Assembly: GCA_020632395.1 (NCBI GenBank)
Contig: JACKFQ010000001.1
Coordinates: forward strand, 377,900-441,899
Reading direction: 5' to 3'
Origin: Candidatus Nomurabacteria bacterium
GTDB lineage: Bacteria; Patescibacteriota; Dojkabacteria; SC72; JAHDCA01
Length of the DNA stretch: 64,000 nt
Part shown: piece after piece, positions 10,011 to 20,615 of the stretch
Layout of the letters: each line of letters starts with the position of its first letter
Numbering within the stretch: position 1 is the first letter of the stretch
Made by a program: the position numbers and the translations under genes
The notes under the pieces: model-generated
Database searches by the model: none
The model's input: the letters and a program-made list of their open reading frames with translations, nothing else
What the model was told of the DNA's origin: nothing

Positions 10011-10484
10011 TGTGAATTTGCCAGACATAGTAGAAAGTAGAGGATTTTTTATGAATTTAATAAAGAATTTATAGTAAGTGCGATCATGAATATATGATCT
10101 GATATTGGTATACGCAAATAATCCTTTTATATCTGCTTTTAAGCCACTCCTCCGATCACTACCCATACTGTACCGCATATAAGGGTGATTATACTCGGTT
10201 GCTACATACCTATACTGTATACAAATATAGACCTATGGTCAAGTAGGATAGAGTCTATCTCCTCTCTAGCTGTAAGTAGCACATGACACTCTTGTCACTC
10301 CCCCTGATATTGAAATATCGATGTTTTTATAGGATCGGAAATAAGCACTCATTTAACGCCTCTGACAGTTATCCACACGATATACTATAGGCCGTATGGG
10401 CCGATATGTGCTATGGGTCATTGATGACTATAGGCCCCTACCCCTACTCTCTAGTGGGTATACCTCAAATTTTAATATTGGGAA

Positions 10485-11303
10485 TCAGCGATTAAAGAGG
10501 ATATTTACCAAAAACGCTGCGATAACGACGAGAATATGCTGGAATAACAGTACATTCTTCTTCTCTGACTTACCAAAGGACATTTCCAATCCGATCAAGC
10601 CAAAAACTACAGAGGCAGGAACTATAGCACTCAATTCATGCCTCGAACCTAGAAATAATACCGCTAGGAAGGCAATAAGCCCTACTATTGCAGTCGAAAA
10701 TATTATGATCGAAGAATCTCTGAACCTAATGGACATCTGTGCAAAGTGATTTGCCATGATCGCTATGTATATCGGGAATATGAGACTGATCATCAGGATC
10801 ATTGGTATAGCGAGATTTATCAAGGCAAAGGAGATGAAGTAGATCATCATTACCGTTGCTATGAATGAGGCGGTCGATGCCACTTGGATCAATGGAATTG
10901 GTTTAAAAGAAGCTACATTAAAGATATTTGTCATAAGGAATATCGCATATGTGACGAATACTATGATAAGCAGAAGTATTGATAGAAAAACAAAATCCGA
11001 TACTCTTGAAAATTCCCTAAAGAAGAACATCATAACAAACAGCACCTCACCTGCAACAAAGATCGAGCTTTGCGATATTGAGACCAGCATCGATCTGCAA
11101 GTCACCTTGAATTTGAATGCTACCAACAAACCGATATAGGTGAATATAAAGAATCCTGCAGATGTTGCTAGTAGATCATAATTTGAGTTGATATCGATCA
11201 AACCCCACCCCCTGAGCAAGAATAACCCTACCCCTATCAACCCTGCTAAGGTTAACATTCTCCCTCTCTTTCCGTTGTCTACATAGCTTTTCTGTTCTGC
11301 CAT
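10485..11303 (-). CDS. Polytopic membrane protein of unknown function (about 8 TM), last gene of yebC-ruvCAB cluster
   Basis: Hydrophobic helices throughout; start overlaps ruvB stop. Confidence 0.55.
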   Translation of the reverse strand: MAEQKSYVDNGKRGRMLTLAGLIGVGLFLLRGWGLIDINSNYDLLATSAGFFIFTYIGLLVAFKFKVTCRSMLVSISQSSIFVAGEVLFVMMFFFREFSRVSDFVFLSILLLIIVFVTYAIFLMTNIFNVASFKPIPLIQVASTASFIATVMMIYFISFALINLAIPMILMISLIFPIYIAIMANHFAQMSIRFRDSSIIIFSTAIVGLIAFLAVLFLGSRHELSAIVPASVVFGLIGLEMSFGKSEKKNVLLFQHILVVIAAFLVNILFNR

Positions 11304-12448
11304 TATTCAGTGATTTTACCATCAAATAACCCTGATACATACTCTATGCCCTTTTGGGTCAATACCCTACCCCTTGATGTGCGACTTAAAAATCCTTGTT
11401 GAAGCAAAAAAGGTTCATAAACATCTGATATTGTTGATATATCTTCAGAAATTGCAGCTCCAAGTGTCGAAAGACCAACCGGTCCACCTCCAAAATTCTC
11501 ATACATCACTCTCAACAATTCCCTATCTATACGTTCTAGACCATACTTATCTACTCCCAACATATCTAGAGCCTTATTGACGATTTCTATCGTCACATCG
11601 CCCTTTATACCATGTGCTTGCTGATAATCCCGTACACGCCTGTAAAGTCTTAGTGCCACCCTACCTGTACCTCTCGAACGACCAGATAACGATTCTAAAG
11701 CCTCTTTTGTAAACTTCATCCCTTCGATCCTTGCTGCTCTTTTGATTATCGCAGAAAGATCTTTATCGTCGAAATAATCTAGTCTCTGGACCAATCCAAA
11801 CCGTTCTCTCATAGGACTACTTATCTTACCGATCTGAGTTGTAGCACCAATGAGCGTGAAAGGTTCTAGATTGAGCCTAATTGTCTTAGCAGAAGGGCCT
11901 TTACCCATTACAATATCAATTGCACCGTCCTCCATAGCTGGGTAAAGTATCTCTTCGATATTCCTGGACAATCTATGGATCTCATCTATAAATAGAATAT
12001 CTCCACGACGGAGATTCGTTAAAATAGCAGCAAGATCTCCTTGTCTTTCAATAGCAGGACCTGAGGTAATTCTGAGTGTTGAACCTACTTCATTTGATAT
12101 CGATACTGCAAATGTGGTCTTTCCCAATCCAGGTGGGCCATAAAAAAGGATATGATCAATGGTATCACCCCTGCTCCTTGCTGCCTCTATCATCATGATT
12201 ATAGTTTTCTTCTCTCTGATCCTACCAATGATCTCGTCAAATCGCTTAGGTCTCATCGTCTCTTCCATGGGATCACCGCTTTTGCTTTGGCTCACATTTG
12301 TACCATCATCTATACCAGTAGTAGAACTTTGGCCAGGATCTTCAGAATTGATAGATGCAGATGCATCAACGATCTGTAGAACATCATTATCTCCTACGCT
12401 ACGATCTTGTTGAGGAACAGCCTGATCTGACATATTTGAAACCACCAT
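11303..12448 (-). CDS. ruvB: Holliday junction branch migration ATPase RuvB (with about 60-aa low-complexity N-terminal extension)
   Basis: Walker A GPPGLGKTT, DEIHRL sensor, RuvB C-terminal winged helix; adjacent to ruvA. Confidence 0.95.
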   Translation of the reverse strand: MVVSNMSDQAVPQQDRSVGDNDVLQIVDASASINSEDPGQSSTTGIDDGTNVSQSKSGDPMEETMRPKRFDEIIGRIREKKTIIMMIEAARSRGDTIDHILFYGPPGLGKTTFAVSISNEVGSTLRITSGPAIERQGDLAAILTNLRRGDILFIDEIHRLSRNIEEILYPAMEDGAIDIVMGKGPSAKTIRLNLEPFTLIGATTQIGKISSPMRERFGLVQRLDYFDDKDLSAIIKRAARIEGMKFTKEALESLSGRSRGTGRVALRLYRRVRDYQQAHGIKGDVTIEIVNKALDMLGVDKYGLERIDRELLRVMYENFGGGPVGLSTLGAAISEDISTISDVYEPFLLQQGFLSRTSRGRVLTQKGIEYVSGLFDGKITE

Positions 12449-12501
12449 TGGACAGCCCTATAGTTCAAAATTAATTGATTCGCTTAAAATATCTACCAAG
12501 A

Positions 12502-13092
12502 TCACCCTCTCAACACTTGTGCCAAGAGATCTTCAACATTCATCTCCATATCTTCTTCTAATAGTGTATGAGCTTTTTTGACCATACTCTCCATTTCCTC
12601 ACCTTTGAAGCCCAATGTTCTTAGAGCTTGTTTCATATCCTTGATCATCTCCAAATTTCGTGCGTCTGCCTCTTCCTCATTTACAGATGACAATTCACCA
12701 GCAAGTTCAAGTATTATCTTTTTTGCGCCCTTAGGACCTAATCCTGACACCTTACTTAAGCTTTTATGATCAGTCTCAAGGATCAACTGCTTGACCTTCT
12801 CTTCTGGATAGGTTGCCAAGATAGATATACCGATCTTTGGTCCGATCCCCGATACACCTATCAATATTTCAAAAAAGTCTCTTGTAGAGGCCCTTTCAAA
12901 TCCATATAAGGTTTGACTGTCTTCACGGACTTGCATACTTGTATATACAACAACCTCACCTTTTGCTCCTGGGAATTCGTTTGCTGGCACAGTCACCCTA
13001 TACCCCACTCCACTCACAGTTATCAGATCTAGGTATTTTAAGTTTGATATCATACGAATTTCTGAAACTATGCCTTTTAGTTGTACGATCAT
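12502..13092 (-). CDS. ruvA: Holliday junction DNA helicase subunit RuvA
   Basis: MIVQLKGIV N-terminus, GVGPKIG HhH motifs, size 196 aa. Confidence 0.9.
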   Translation of the reverse strand: MIVQLKGIVSEIRMISNLKYLDLITVSGVGYRVTVPANEFPGAKGEVVVYTSMQVREDSQTLYGFERASTRDFFEILIGVSGIGPKIGISILATYPEEKVKQLILETDHKSLSKVSGLGPKGAKKIILELAGELSSVNEEEADARNLEMIKDMKQALRTLGFKGEEMESMVKKAHTLLEEDMEMNVEDLLAQVLRG

Positions 13093-13097
13093 TCCGA

Positions 13098-13595
13098 TTA
13101 TTGTCTAGAACTTAAATTTCCACTGTAGATCATATCATATGCACAAATAGCTACAGCGACAGCATCTGCCGCATCATCTGGCTTAGGAACTTCTTGCAGA
13201 CCACAGATCATTCTAACATTTTCTTGGACCTGAGCTTTCGTCGCTCTCCCATATCCAGCAATTGAACTTTTGACCTGTAATGGGCTAACCTCTACTATAC
13301 CGATACCGAGATTCTGCAACATGTATAACATAACTCCTCGCGCTTGACTGACAGACATAGCTGTTTTGACATTTTTCTGGAACAGAAGGGTTTCGACCCC
13401 TGCGAATTGAGGTTGGAACTTGTCAAGCAGAAAACTAATATCTACAGCGATCTCATTGAGTCTTTCAGGGATGGCTAGGTGTTTGTCTGTTGTTATGACG
13501 CCATAATCTATCAGCCGTGCGTTACGAACATCATCAAAATCAATAACAGCCCACCCGACTAGTGCATATCCCGGATCAATTCCAAAGAAACGCAT
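13098..13595 (-). CDS. ruvC: Holliday junction resolvase RuvC
   Basis: GIDPGYALVGWAV N-terminus, 165 aa, position between yebC and ruvA. Confidence 0.9.
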   Translation of the reverse strand: MRFFGIDPGYALVGWAVIDFDDVRNARLIDYGVITTDKHLAIPERLNEIAVDISFLLDKFQPQFAGVETLLFQKNVKTAMSVSQARGVMLYMLQNLGIGIVEVSPLQVKSSIAGYGRATKAQVQENVRMICGLQEVPKPDDAADAVAVAICAYDMIYSGNLSSRQ

Positions 13596-13623
13596 GCATC
13601 ATTATCATTATCTTAATCTCGAT

Positions 13624-14415
13624 CTATAGCTGATCATCAATATCAGTCCATACAGACTGGATATCATCATGCTCCTCCACAGCTTCAACAAATTCCCTGA
13701 TCCTCTCCACTTCCTGTTCATCAAGCTCTTTCTGTACCTTTGCCCTCCAGATAAGCTCTGCGGATGTGATCACATAGCCCATATCTTTGATAGTATCTCG
13801 TACTGTGGTCAATGATTTTGGATCCGTATATACATCTAGATATTCGACATTTTCCTCATCATCGTGATAATTATCAATATCCGTGATCCCCTGGATCTCC
13901 ATAAGTGCAAGGGTCACCTCCTCAGGATCTGATGGTACAAATTCATCGCTATGTCCATACTTTTCTGATTTCTTCATAGACCCTGCCTTCAATGTGACCA
14001 ATCCCAGCTGATCAAAATTCCACATTACAGCTCCTGCTTCAGCCAAAGCCCCCCCTCTTTCACTAAATGTCTTTCTGAGATCTGCAACTGTTCGATTCTT
14101 ATTATCCGTCAAGGTTTCTACTATCACAGATACGCCTAAAGGTCCGATACCTTCATATGTGACCTTTTCCAGATGAATCTCCTCCGAGCCTTTACCTGCT
14201 CCCCGATCTACTGCTCTCTGGATATTGTCAGCAGGCATACTGGCACTTTTAGCCTTATCGATCAACAACCTCAAAGAGAAGTTCGATTCAGGGTCACCCC
14301 CTTCTCTAGCAGCTATAGTTATCTGTTGGGCTAATTTTGAAAATACTTTTCCTTTTTTTGCGTCTGTCAAAGCTTTCTTATGCTTGATCTTTGACCATTT
14401 TGAATGTCCTGACAT
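13624..14415 (-). CDS. yebC: YebC/PmpR-family DNA-binding regulatory protein
   Basis: MSGHSKWSKIKHKK N-terminus diagnostic; classical yebC-ruvC synteny. Confidence 0.9.
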   Translation of the reverse strand: MSGHSKWSKIKHKKALTDAKKGKVFSKLAQQITIAAREGGDPESNFSLRLLIDKAKSASMPADNIQRAVDRGAGKGSEEIHLEKVTYEGIGPLGVSVIVETLTDNKNRTVADLRKTFSERGGALAEAGAVMWNFDQLGLVTLKAGSMKKSEKYGHSDEFVPSDPEEVTLALMEIQGITDIDNYHDDEENVEYLDVYTDPKSLTTVRDTIKDMGYVITSAELIWRAKVQKELDEQEVERIREFVEAVEEHDDIQSVWTDIDDQL

Positions 14416-14505
14416 AGAGTCGAAAATGCTAATTAACTGCTGTATTCTATCACACTAATCAGTTTGAATATATCTGATCACAACTGCTACATAAGATCCT
14501 CTAGG

Positions 14506-17337
14506 TTAATTGGATTCTTTTGGTCCCTCAATAACCGGGAGCGGTGATCGTTGCGGGTTCGCATTACGATCGTTACCCAGCGCATTTTCAGAGGGAGATG
14601 TGTTTGAGTACCCTGGACTTGTATCCCTATCGTTCGCTTGTGAATCTTTTGCAGAGGATCGATCTGGTGGTAATTTTTGCTGACGATCGTTGCCCTGTGT
14701 ATCCCTTGTCGATGACGGATCTTGGGGTTGCTTCTGCTGACGATCGTTGCCCTGTGTATCCCTTGTCGATGACTGATCTTGGGGTTGCTTCTGCTGACGA
14801 TCGTTGCCCTGTGTATCCCTTGTCGATGACTGATCTTGGGGTTGCTTCGAACTGGCACCATCAGACTTCCCCTTCTTCTCACTATAAGTTAGCTGGCTAC
14901 GGTTTCCCTGTTGACTATAACTTTGATTTGCCCATCTCTGTATCTTATCCTCTATCACCTCCTGTGGAGTGCCGTAACGCTCTCGTGATACCTGAATGAT
15001 CTTCTCCCTCTCACCATAAGGATCAAGCCTCTTCTTATAATCAAGCGATTTCGCACTAAATGGCTTTGATGTCATACCATCAATACAGAGCTTTAAATAC
15101 ATCGAGTGAGATTCGAGTGATACTAGATCTTCTGAATCAAAGATCGGAGCAAACTCTTGAGCTAAAAGACTTGCATCAGATTGGCTCACAACAAAAGAAG
15201 ATAATGTACCAACATTTCCAAATATTGCATGACGAACCGTCAACGGGATCTGTTCAATGTATTGGTTCGTCATAGTGAGGTTCAGCCTGAATTTACGAGC
15301 CTCTGAAAGGATCTTAGCAAAACTGTCAGTAGCAAAATTCTGGAACTCATCCACATATAGAAAAAAGTCTTCTCTTTCATCTTCAGGTATATCAACCCTT
15401 TGCATAGCAGCTGCTTGCAATCGGGTGATTATCATACCTCCTAGCAATGATGCGTTTTCCTCACCAATCTTTCCTTGTGCTAGATTTATCAACAGTATCT
15501 TCTTACTATCCATGATCTCTCTGAGATCGATAGTTGATTTCACTTGTCCTACAATGTTTCGGATGACCGATGACGAGATGAACCTACCTACTTTATTCTG
15601 GATAGGTGCTACAGCTTCTGTGATCAATCTGGAATTCTGGGACATCTGCTCATACTCATCCTGCCAGAATTTTAACAAGATCGGATCCTTAAGTTGTTTT
15701 AATATGAATTTCCTATAATTCGTATCGATCAGTATCCTCTGCACAGCAAGGATAGTAGTCCCCTGAGCCTCTATACAGGTAGCTACTGCATTCTGCAGGA
15801 TATACTGGAGTCTAGGTCCCCACGAATCACCAAACTGCTTTTTAAATACACTAACGACACCATCAGCAACAAGATCACGAAGCGTAAGATCCTCTAACTC
15901 CAACATATTGAAACCGATCGGAAACTTGCTATCGGAGGGATCAAAATACACCACATCATTGACCCTCTGTGGTGGGATATAGTTCAAGATCTCATCGATA
16001 TCCTGCCCGTGTGGGTCGATATAACATACTCCATCACCTTTCAAGATATCCGACACGATCATGTTCTTGAATGTAGCCGACTTCCCTACTCCAGTCTTTC
16101 CCAACAGATACATATGTCTACGTCTATCATGTCTTTTCAAACCAAAAAGTATCCTCTCTCCTCTATAATCTGTTTCTGCAAATATATTAATGTCTTCATC
16201 AGAACCTACAACAGGAACATTCAACGGTGGTTCTGCCTTTCTAGCCCTACTCCAATGAATATTTGGGGTTTCCACTGATATGTTGGGGAGATGGTATATA
16301 GAAGCAAGCTCCTCGATATTCACAATATCGATCTGATCAGCAGGTAGATACCTACGAAGATAATCCTGATATATCTCCTGACCACTCATATCGGGTACAG
16401 AATGTATAAAACCATTCAGATGAGATGTTGTAAACTGCTTAAAACTCGCTACAACATCTCTGAGAAGCTGTTCTGAAGTAAATTGATCACCCGCTTTTGT
16501 TATCACCCTTATAGTTATCTCAAATCCTGGCTTCAACATCTTTTCTTCGATCTGCCTAAGCTCTTCATCCTGACCCGGTATCAGCTTTACAACTTGCTTT
16601 GCAGCAGGTTTATCTGATGTGCCTGATGTATTTAGATTTGTAAGTGTACCTGACATGTCGCTAAGAAACCTCTGCCAAAGGTTTTTCTGACCAGGATCTT
16701 TTCCATCCCGGATAGCTGTTATGTATTCTTTTGAATTTTCCTGCCAATAATTAGCTATGGGCCTCACAAGTAGTTGTAACCAAATATCTTGTCCCTCTGA
16801 AAGATCTGCCATTGCCGCAGTAATTGCTGCCAGTGGGTCTACTTCAAAATTTCGAAATGTCTTGATGGGGAAAATATAATCTTTCTCAAGCTCGATCAGT
16901 CCAGTGGTAACATACGCCTGATAAGGTTCACCATTGGACAAAGTAGCTTGGATCGGCTCCTGCGTATAATCCTTAACAAGGCTGATATCGGCGTTTGGAT
17001 ACTGTGCATACACCTGCCCCTCAATGAATTTATACAGGTGCTGTGGGGCTACTATAAAGAACCTAATACCGTTCATGCCATTCGAAACTATTTCAAAGCT
17101 CACCATATCCAAGGATTTCTTTGCATCACGCAAGATCCCATGTATGGAGGCGAACATCTGTTCAGAAGCTAACGGTGTTTTATCATTCTCTCGTGGAACC
17201 AGTACTTGCATCACCACTGGATTACGAACCTCTTCAAAGACCTCTACTTCATCATCTTCTTTTCGTGTATAGAAATACACAAATACAGTAAAGCCTGCAG
17301 AAAAGAGTAGAGCTATGAGCAGTATGACTTGAAACAT
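14506..17337 (-). CDS. Membrane-anchored P-loop ATPase of TraD/VirD4/TrwB (type IV coupling protein)-like family with C-terminal 3x19-aa Q/S/D-rich tandem repeats
   Basis: N-terminal TM helix. Walker A LLGKTGVGKSAT, Walker B FFLYVDEFQNF, C-terminal TraD/TraG-like segment LNLTMTNQYIEQIP. 57-nt nucleotide repeats at about 14620-14830 explain spurious overlapping ORFs. Confidence 0.65.
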   Translation of the reverse strand: MFQVILLIALLFSAGFTVFVYFYTRKEDDEVEVFEEVRNPVVMQVLVPRENDKTPLASEQMFASIHGILRDAKKSLDMVSFEIVSNGMNGIRFFIVAPQHLYKFIEGQVYAQYPNADISLVKDYTQEPIQATLSNGEPYQAYVTTGLIELEKDYIFPIKTFRNFEVDPLAAITAAMADLSEGQDIWLQLLVRPIANYWQENSKEYITAIRDGKDPGQKNLWQRFLSDMSGTLTNLNTSGTSDKPAAKQVVKLIPGQDEELRQIEEKMLKPGFEITIRVITKAGDQFTSEQLLRDVVASFKQFTTSHLNGFIHSVPDMSGQEIYQDYLRRYLPADQIDIVNIEELASIYHLPNISVETPNIHWSRARKAEPPLNVPVVGSDEDINIFAETDYRGERILFGLKRHDRRRHMYLLGKTGVGKSATFKNMIVSDILKGDGVCYIDPHGQDIDEILNYIPPQRVNDVVYFDPSDSKFPIGFNMLELEDLTLRDLVADGVVSVFKKQFGDSWGPRLQYILQNAVATCIEAQGTTILAVQRILIDTNYRKFILKQLKDPILLKFWQDEYEQMSQNSRLITEAVAPIQNKVGRFISSSVIRNIVGQVKSTIDLREIMDSKKILLINLAQGKIGEENASLLGGMIITRLQAAAMQRVDIPEDEREDFFLYVDEFQNFATDSFAKILSEARKFRLNLTMTNQYIEQIPLTVRHAIFGNVGTLSSFVVSQSDASLLAQEFAPIFDSEDLVSLESHSMYLKLCIDGMTSKPFSAKSLDYKKRLDPYGEREKIIQVSRERYGTPQEVIEDKIQRWANQSYSQQGNRSQLTYSEKKGKSDGASSKQPQDQSSTRDTQGNDRQQKQPQDQSSTRDTQGNDRQQKQPQDPSSTRDTQGNDRQQKLPPDRSSAKDSQANDRDTSPGYSNTSPSENALGNDRNANPQRSPLPVIEGPKESN

Positions 17338-17574
17338 GATGACACTATTTTAACAAGAAATTACACAATACAAAAACACTTTAACAATTCGAACATTATT
17401 ACTTTCTTTAATTATGAACCATACTTTTATACCCCTTGGGTGCGATTGGGGATGAGACTGGGTCCTGCTTCGCGAGACCCAATCCCAGAATGGCTGTGGA
17501 GTAACAAAAATACCTTGGCCAACGGTCGAGGGATTTAATCTCTTCACACCGTTGATTGCGAACACATATATAAA

Positions 17575-18831
17575 CTATTCAGAGTCGTTCACTAACCAGC
17601 TTGAATCAATATTCAGATCCATACCTAGCACCAATACAATGTCTCCGGTTGTTAGAAATGAAGGTCTTTCAGGCTCTACGATAACATCTACTGGCATCAG
17701 TTGTCTGATGGCACTGATCGTATGACCGAATCGTTCTGCATCTGATGTATAGATAACACTCTTTTCGTAAAGATCATCCGTGTTGTTGATCCTGATGACA
17801 TTCATACCATTATTAGATAATTTTCTCGTATACCTCGAAGCAAGCCCTGAGATCTCACTCCCGTTATAAACCTCGATCTTTGCCTGTTCCCGCTCTACAT
17901 CCTTGTCCAAGACAGCATCTCCGATATTTTTCAGCCTATCGTCAACACTTGCATAAGTGACTACGGGGATCTCTATACCAAATTCACTAGTTCGTAACTC
18001 CTGTAGCTCTGATAGCTCAAAATCGAAATATTCTTCTGGATCATCCTGTACAGCTCGAATACTTCCCATCAGAGCAACTATCCTATCTATCCTTATATTA
18101 CTGTCAGTACCATTTGCTATCTTGACGATCTCATGGTTGTTGATAAGGAGATTGATCGGACTAGCGCTACCTATCATTCTCGTCAAGATAGAAAAGCTGT
18201 CATTATAATCTTTCAGTTCGCCAAACATAGTACTCACAGCTTGATCATCTAACCAGATATAATTATTGAACTTATATCCTAACAGCTGTCCTAACTCCCA
18301 GATCGTATACTCTTTTCCAGCACCTTTCTCTTCAAGTTCTCCTAGATAATACAGATTAGAAACTGGCGTATAATCAGCAAAATTCGAAAAACTACTACTA
18401 ATGTAGATATTTCCCGGGATATGTACGATCCACTGCTTTGCTTTCTCCTTGTTTTGCACAACTACAAATGCGTGTTCTATCCTAAGATCCATGCCGGTGG
18501 ATGTTGTTAATACGATCAATGTACTTTCAGTTACCAGATCAACATTATCTATTGGTTTACGTATGAACTTGGAGTTATTTATAGTTGGTTCGATCTGTAT
18601 AGCTGAGAGTGAATTTGTGATATCTACCCAATTTACGACCAAGACTAAAGCAGATACTACAACAAGTAGGATGATCAGATTTCCGCGTGACATATATCTA
18701 CTCAGATCATGTATCCTTCCCTTCTTTCTACCTTTGCTTGAGCGTCCTGAACCTGATACAACCAAAGACCTTTTACTGATCCTTCCTTCCGATCTTTTTT
18801 TACTATTTTTCTTTCTATTATTTTTCGTCAT
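17575..18831 (-). CDS. LCP (LytR-CpsA-Psr) family protein with LytR_C domain, N-terminal basic tail and TM anchor
   Basis: TM helix ILLVVVSALVLVV; LCP-like core (TSTGMDLRIEH...IVHIPGNIYI); C-terminal LytR_C-like AKIEVYNGSEISGLASRYTRKLSNNG. Confidence 0.6.
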   Translation of the reverse strand: MTKNNRKKNSKKRSEGRISKRSLVVSGSGRSSKGRKKGRIHDLSRYMSRGNLIILLVVVSALVLVVNWVDITNSLSAIQIEPTINNSKFIRKPIDNVDLVTESTLIVLTTSTGMDLRIEHAFVVVQNKEKAKQWIVHIPGNIYISSSFSNFADYTPVSNLYYLGELEEKGAGKEYTIWELGQLLGYKFNNYIWLDDQAVSTMFGELKDYNDSFSILTRMIGSASPINLLINNHEIVKIANGTDSNIRIDRIVALMGSIRAVQDDPEEYFDFELSELQELRTSEFGIEIPVVTYASVDDRLKNIGDAVLDKDVEREQAKIEVYNGSEISGLASRYTRKLSNNGMNVIRINNTDDLYEKSVIYTSDAERFGHTISAIRQLMPVDVIVEPERPSFLTTGDIVLVLGMDLNIDSSWLVNDSE

Positions 18832-19174
18832 TTTGATAATCTACCGATATTACTCATACCCTATAGCTATATTTCCGTTTTCATATCGCGTTTAGTACAC
18901 TTTATTTACCCCCTACACACCCGCACCACTTGTTACATATTTGTTACATTACACCGCTTTATAGACGGGCTTGTCGAATTTGGTAAACCACCCTATGTAT
19001 TTACCTCTCTTTTACTTACTCGGATCAAACTGTGCAGGCAGTTACTGTATAACTTCTTTATACATGTATTTAATAGCTCTATACCGCTAATATAAACCAC
19101 CTCGACATTCCCACACACTATTTATCCTACTTATATACAAAAATACCTGTAGAATGAAGCTATGGCCTAGATAT

Positions 19175-20194
19175 TTATATTATACGCCAGACTCTATCTT
19201 CTCCATCGACAGCGATCCCAAGCACAACTGAAGTTAGATCTATCTGATCAGGGACATCGTATTTACTAGAATATAACGAATCACCATCGATCGGACAACC
19301 CAAGTACATCAATGTTGCTCTGATCTGATGGGTTCTTCCGGTTTCGATCCGTATCAGAAGCTCATTGTCACCATATCTTCGTATAAATGATACAGAATTA
19401 CGCGAGTTGCCCACCGTTGCATGAGTCGGACGAAACCACATTCGTTTTCGATGTAATGGATCTCTTTCGATCACCCCTGTAGCATTTAACCAGCCCGTTT
19501 GAGATATTGAGTCAACACCGCCCTCTTTCCATTCTGTGATGATTCTATCGAGTTCTGAGGGCATCTCGCTTAGGTCTTCTTTATTCTCCCCACCGATAAC
19601 ATCCAATGCTGTTGATGAATGTGCGTGATAGATCTTCAAGACCGTATGTCTACTGAACTGATCGGCAAGGTCAATTTGTGTAGAGCGATCTTTTGCAAAA
19701 ATGATCAATCCGCCCACCGGCTTATCCAATCGATGCACCAACCCCGAACGAACCAATGGTGCTGTATCTACACCGGTAGATGAGAAATACCAATTAACTC
19801 TATTTGCGAGATTATCTTGCTCATTTCCTATACCGGGATGAACTGCAAGACCACGAGGTTTGTTCAACACCAGATATGATCTACTCTCCTCTATGATCTC
19901 AAGATCACCTCGTATCGGCTGGATCTGATTGATACTCTCCCTTTTCTCTCGTATATTCACCAAAAGCTCCATTAAACGATCCTGATCCATCTCGACCTGA
20001 TCACCCTGTTTCAATCTATATGAAGGCTTCTTGATCAGGGAATTGATAGTCACAATATCCGACAATATATTTTGGACCTGCTCTCTGGACACAGTACTAA
20101 CGTCAGTCCCAACCTCAAGGGATCGTATCAACTGAAGGACAAACATATCTAATCGCACTCCTTTATCTTTTTCTGTTACTTCTGAATGTAGCAA
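19175..20194 (-). CDS. rluD: RluA-family 23S rRNA pseudouridine synthase (RluD-like) with N-terminal S4 domain
   Basis: HRLDKPVGGLIIFAKD catalytic motif; S4-like N-terminus; adjacent to lspA as in many bacteria. Confidence 0.85.
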   Translation of the reverse strand: MLHSEVTEKDKGVRLDMFVLQLIRSLEVGTDVSTVSREQVQNILSDIVTINSLIKKPSYRLKQGDQVEMDQDRLMELLVNIREKRESINQIQPIRGDLEIIEESRSYLVLNKPRGLAVHPGIGNEQDNLANRVNWYFSSTGVDTAPLVRSGLVHRLDKPVGGLIIFAKDRSTQIDLADQFSRHTVLKIYHAHSSTALDVIGGENKEDLSEMPSELDRIITEWKEGGVDSISQTGWLNATGVIERDPLHRKRMWFRPTHATVGNSRNSVSFIRRYGDNELLIRIETGRTHQIRATLMYLGCPIDGDSLYSSKYDVPDQIDLTSVVLGIAVDGEDRVWRII

Positions 20195-20615
20195 GATTCA
20201 ATTCCACAAAGATTATATTCCACAATAACACTATTATACCAAGGGTAACAATAATATCCGTCCCATCGAACATAAAATTTCCGAATATCGAAAAATTATC
20301 GCAATTCGCACCAAATATCATATACTCCACAAGACTACTTGCACACCCAAGCAAGACCATATAAACACCATATTTGGGCATCTTCTCATGAATATCCGTC
20401 TCCTTTTTACGTACTGATCTCAATAGAAAGATAAGCGACATCAGGATCAAGAAGATCTCTACAAATGGAAGCTCATATACTCTTTTGATCGTATCTACTA
20501 CTGAACACTCTCCGTTCTTTCGATAGAAAAATCCGATCCATTGATCAGTAAGCAGTATGATCACAGTTGGAACCAAAATATTTACCGACGCTTTAGTTCT
20601 GATCTTTTTTATCAC
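20163..20615 (-). CDS. lspA: Probable lipoprotein signal peptidase (LspA-like)
   Basis: 4-TM 150-aa protein; FFYRKNGECS resembles the LspA FxYxxNxG box; C-terminal FGNFMFDGTD resembles the FNxAD box; sits between lgt and rluD. Confidence 0.5.
   Translation of the reverse strand: MIKKIRTKASVNILVPTVIILLTDQWIGFFYRKNGECSVVDTIKRVYELPFVEIFLILMSLIFLLRSVRKKETDIHEKMPKYGVYMVLLGCASSLVEYMIFGANCDNFSIFGNFMFDGTDIIVTLGIIVLLWNIIFVELNLATFRSNRKR

Noticed and set aside
9741-10178. 145-aa minus-strand ORF upstream of the recombinase
   Set aside because: Low-complexity, AT-rich, spans the ATAGGG repeat array; more likely a non-coding regulatory region.
1-10480. Giant-protein/K-channel/recombinase block as a prophage or ICE
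   Set aside because: No flanking direct repeats, tRNA target, capsid/terminase or conjugation genes; the recombinase may equally be chromosomal Xer. Retained only as a possibility within findings.
14487-14999. Two overlapping ORFs (131 aa minus, 151 aa plus) with repetitive peptides
   Set aside because: They are alternative-frame translations of the 57-nt tandem repeats inside the C-terminus of the 943-aa ATPase gene.
17338-17574. Imperfect hairpin (gggtc...gaccc / attggg...cccaat) as LCP terminator or sRNA
   Set aside because: No U-tract on the relevant strand and competing pairings; evidence too weak.
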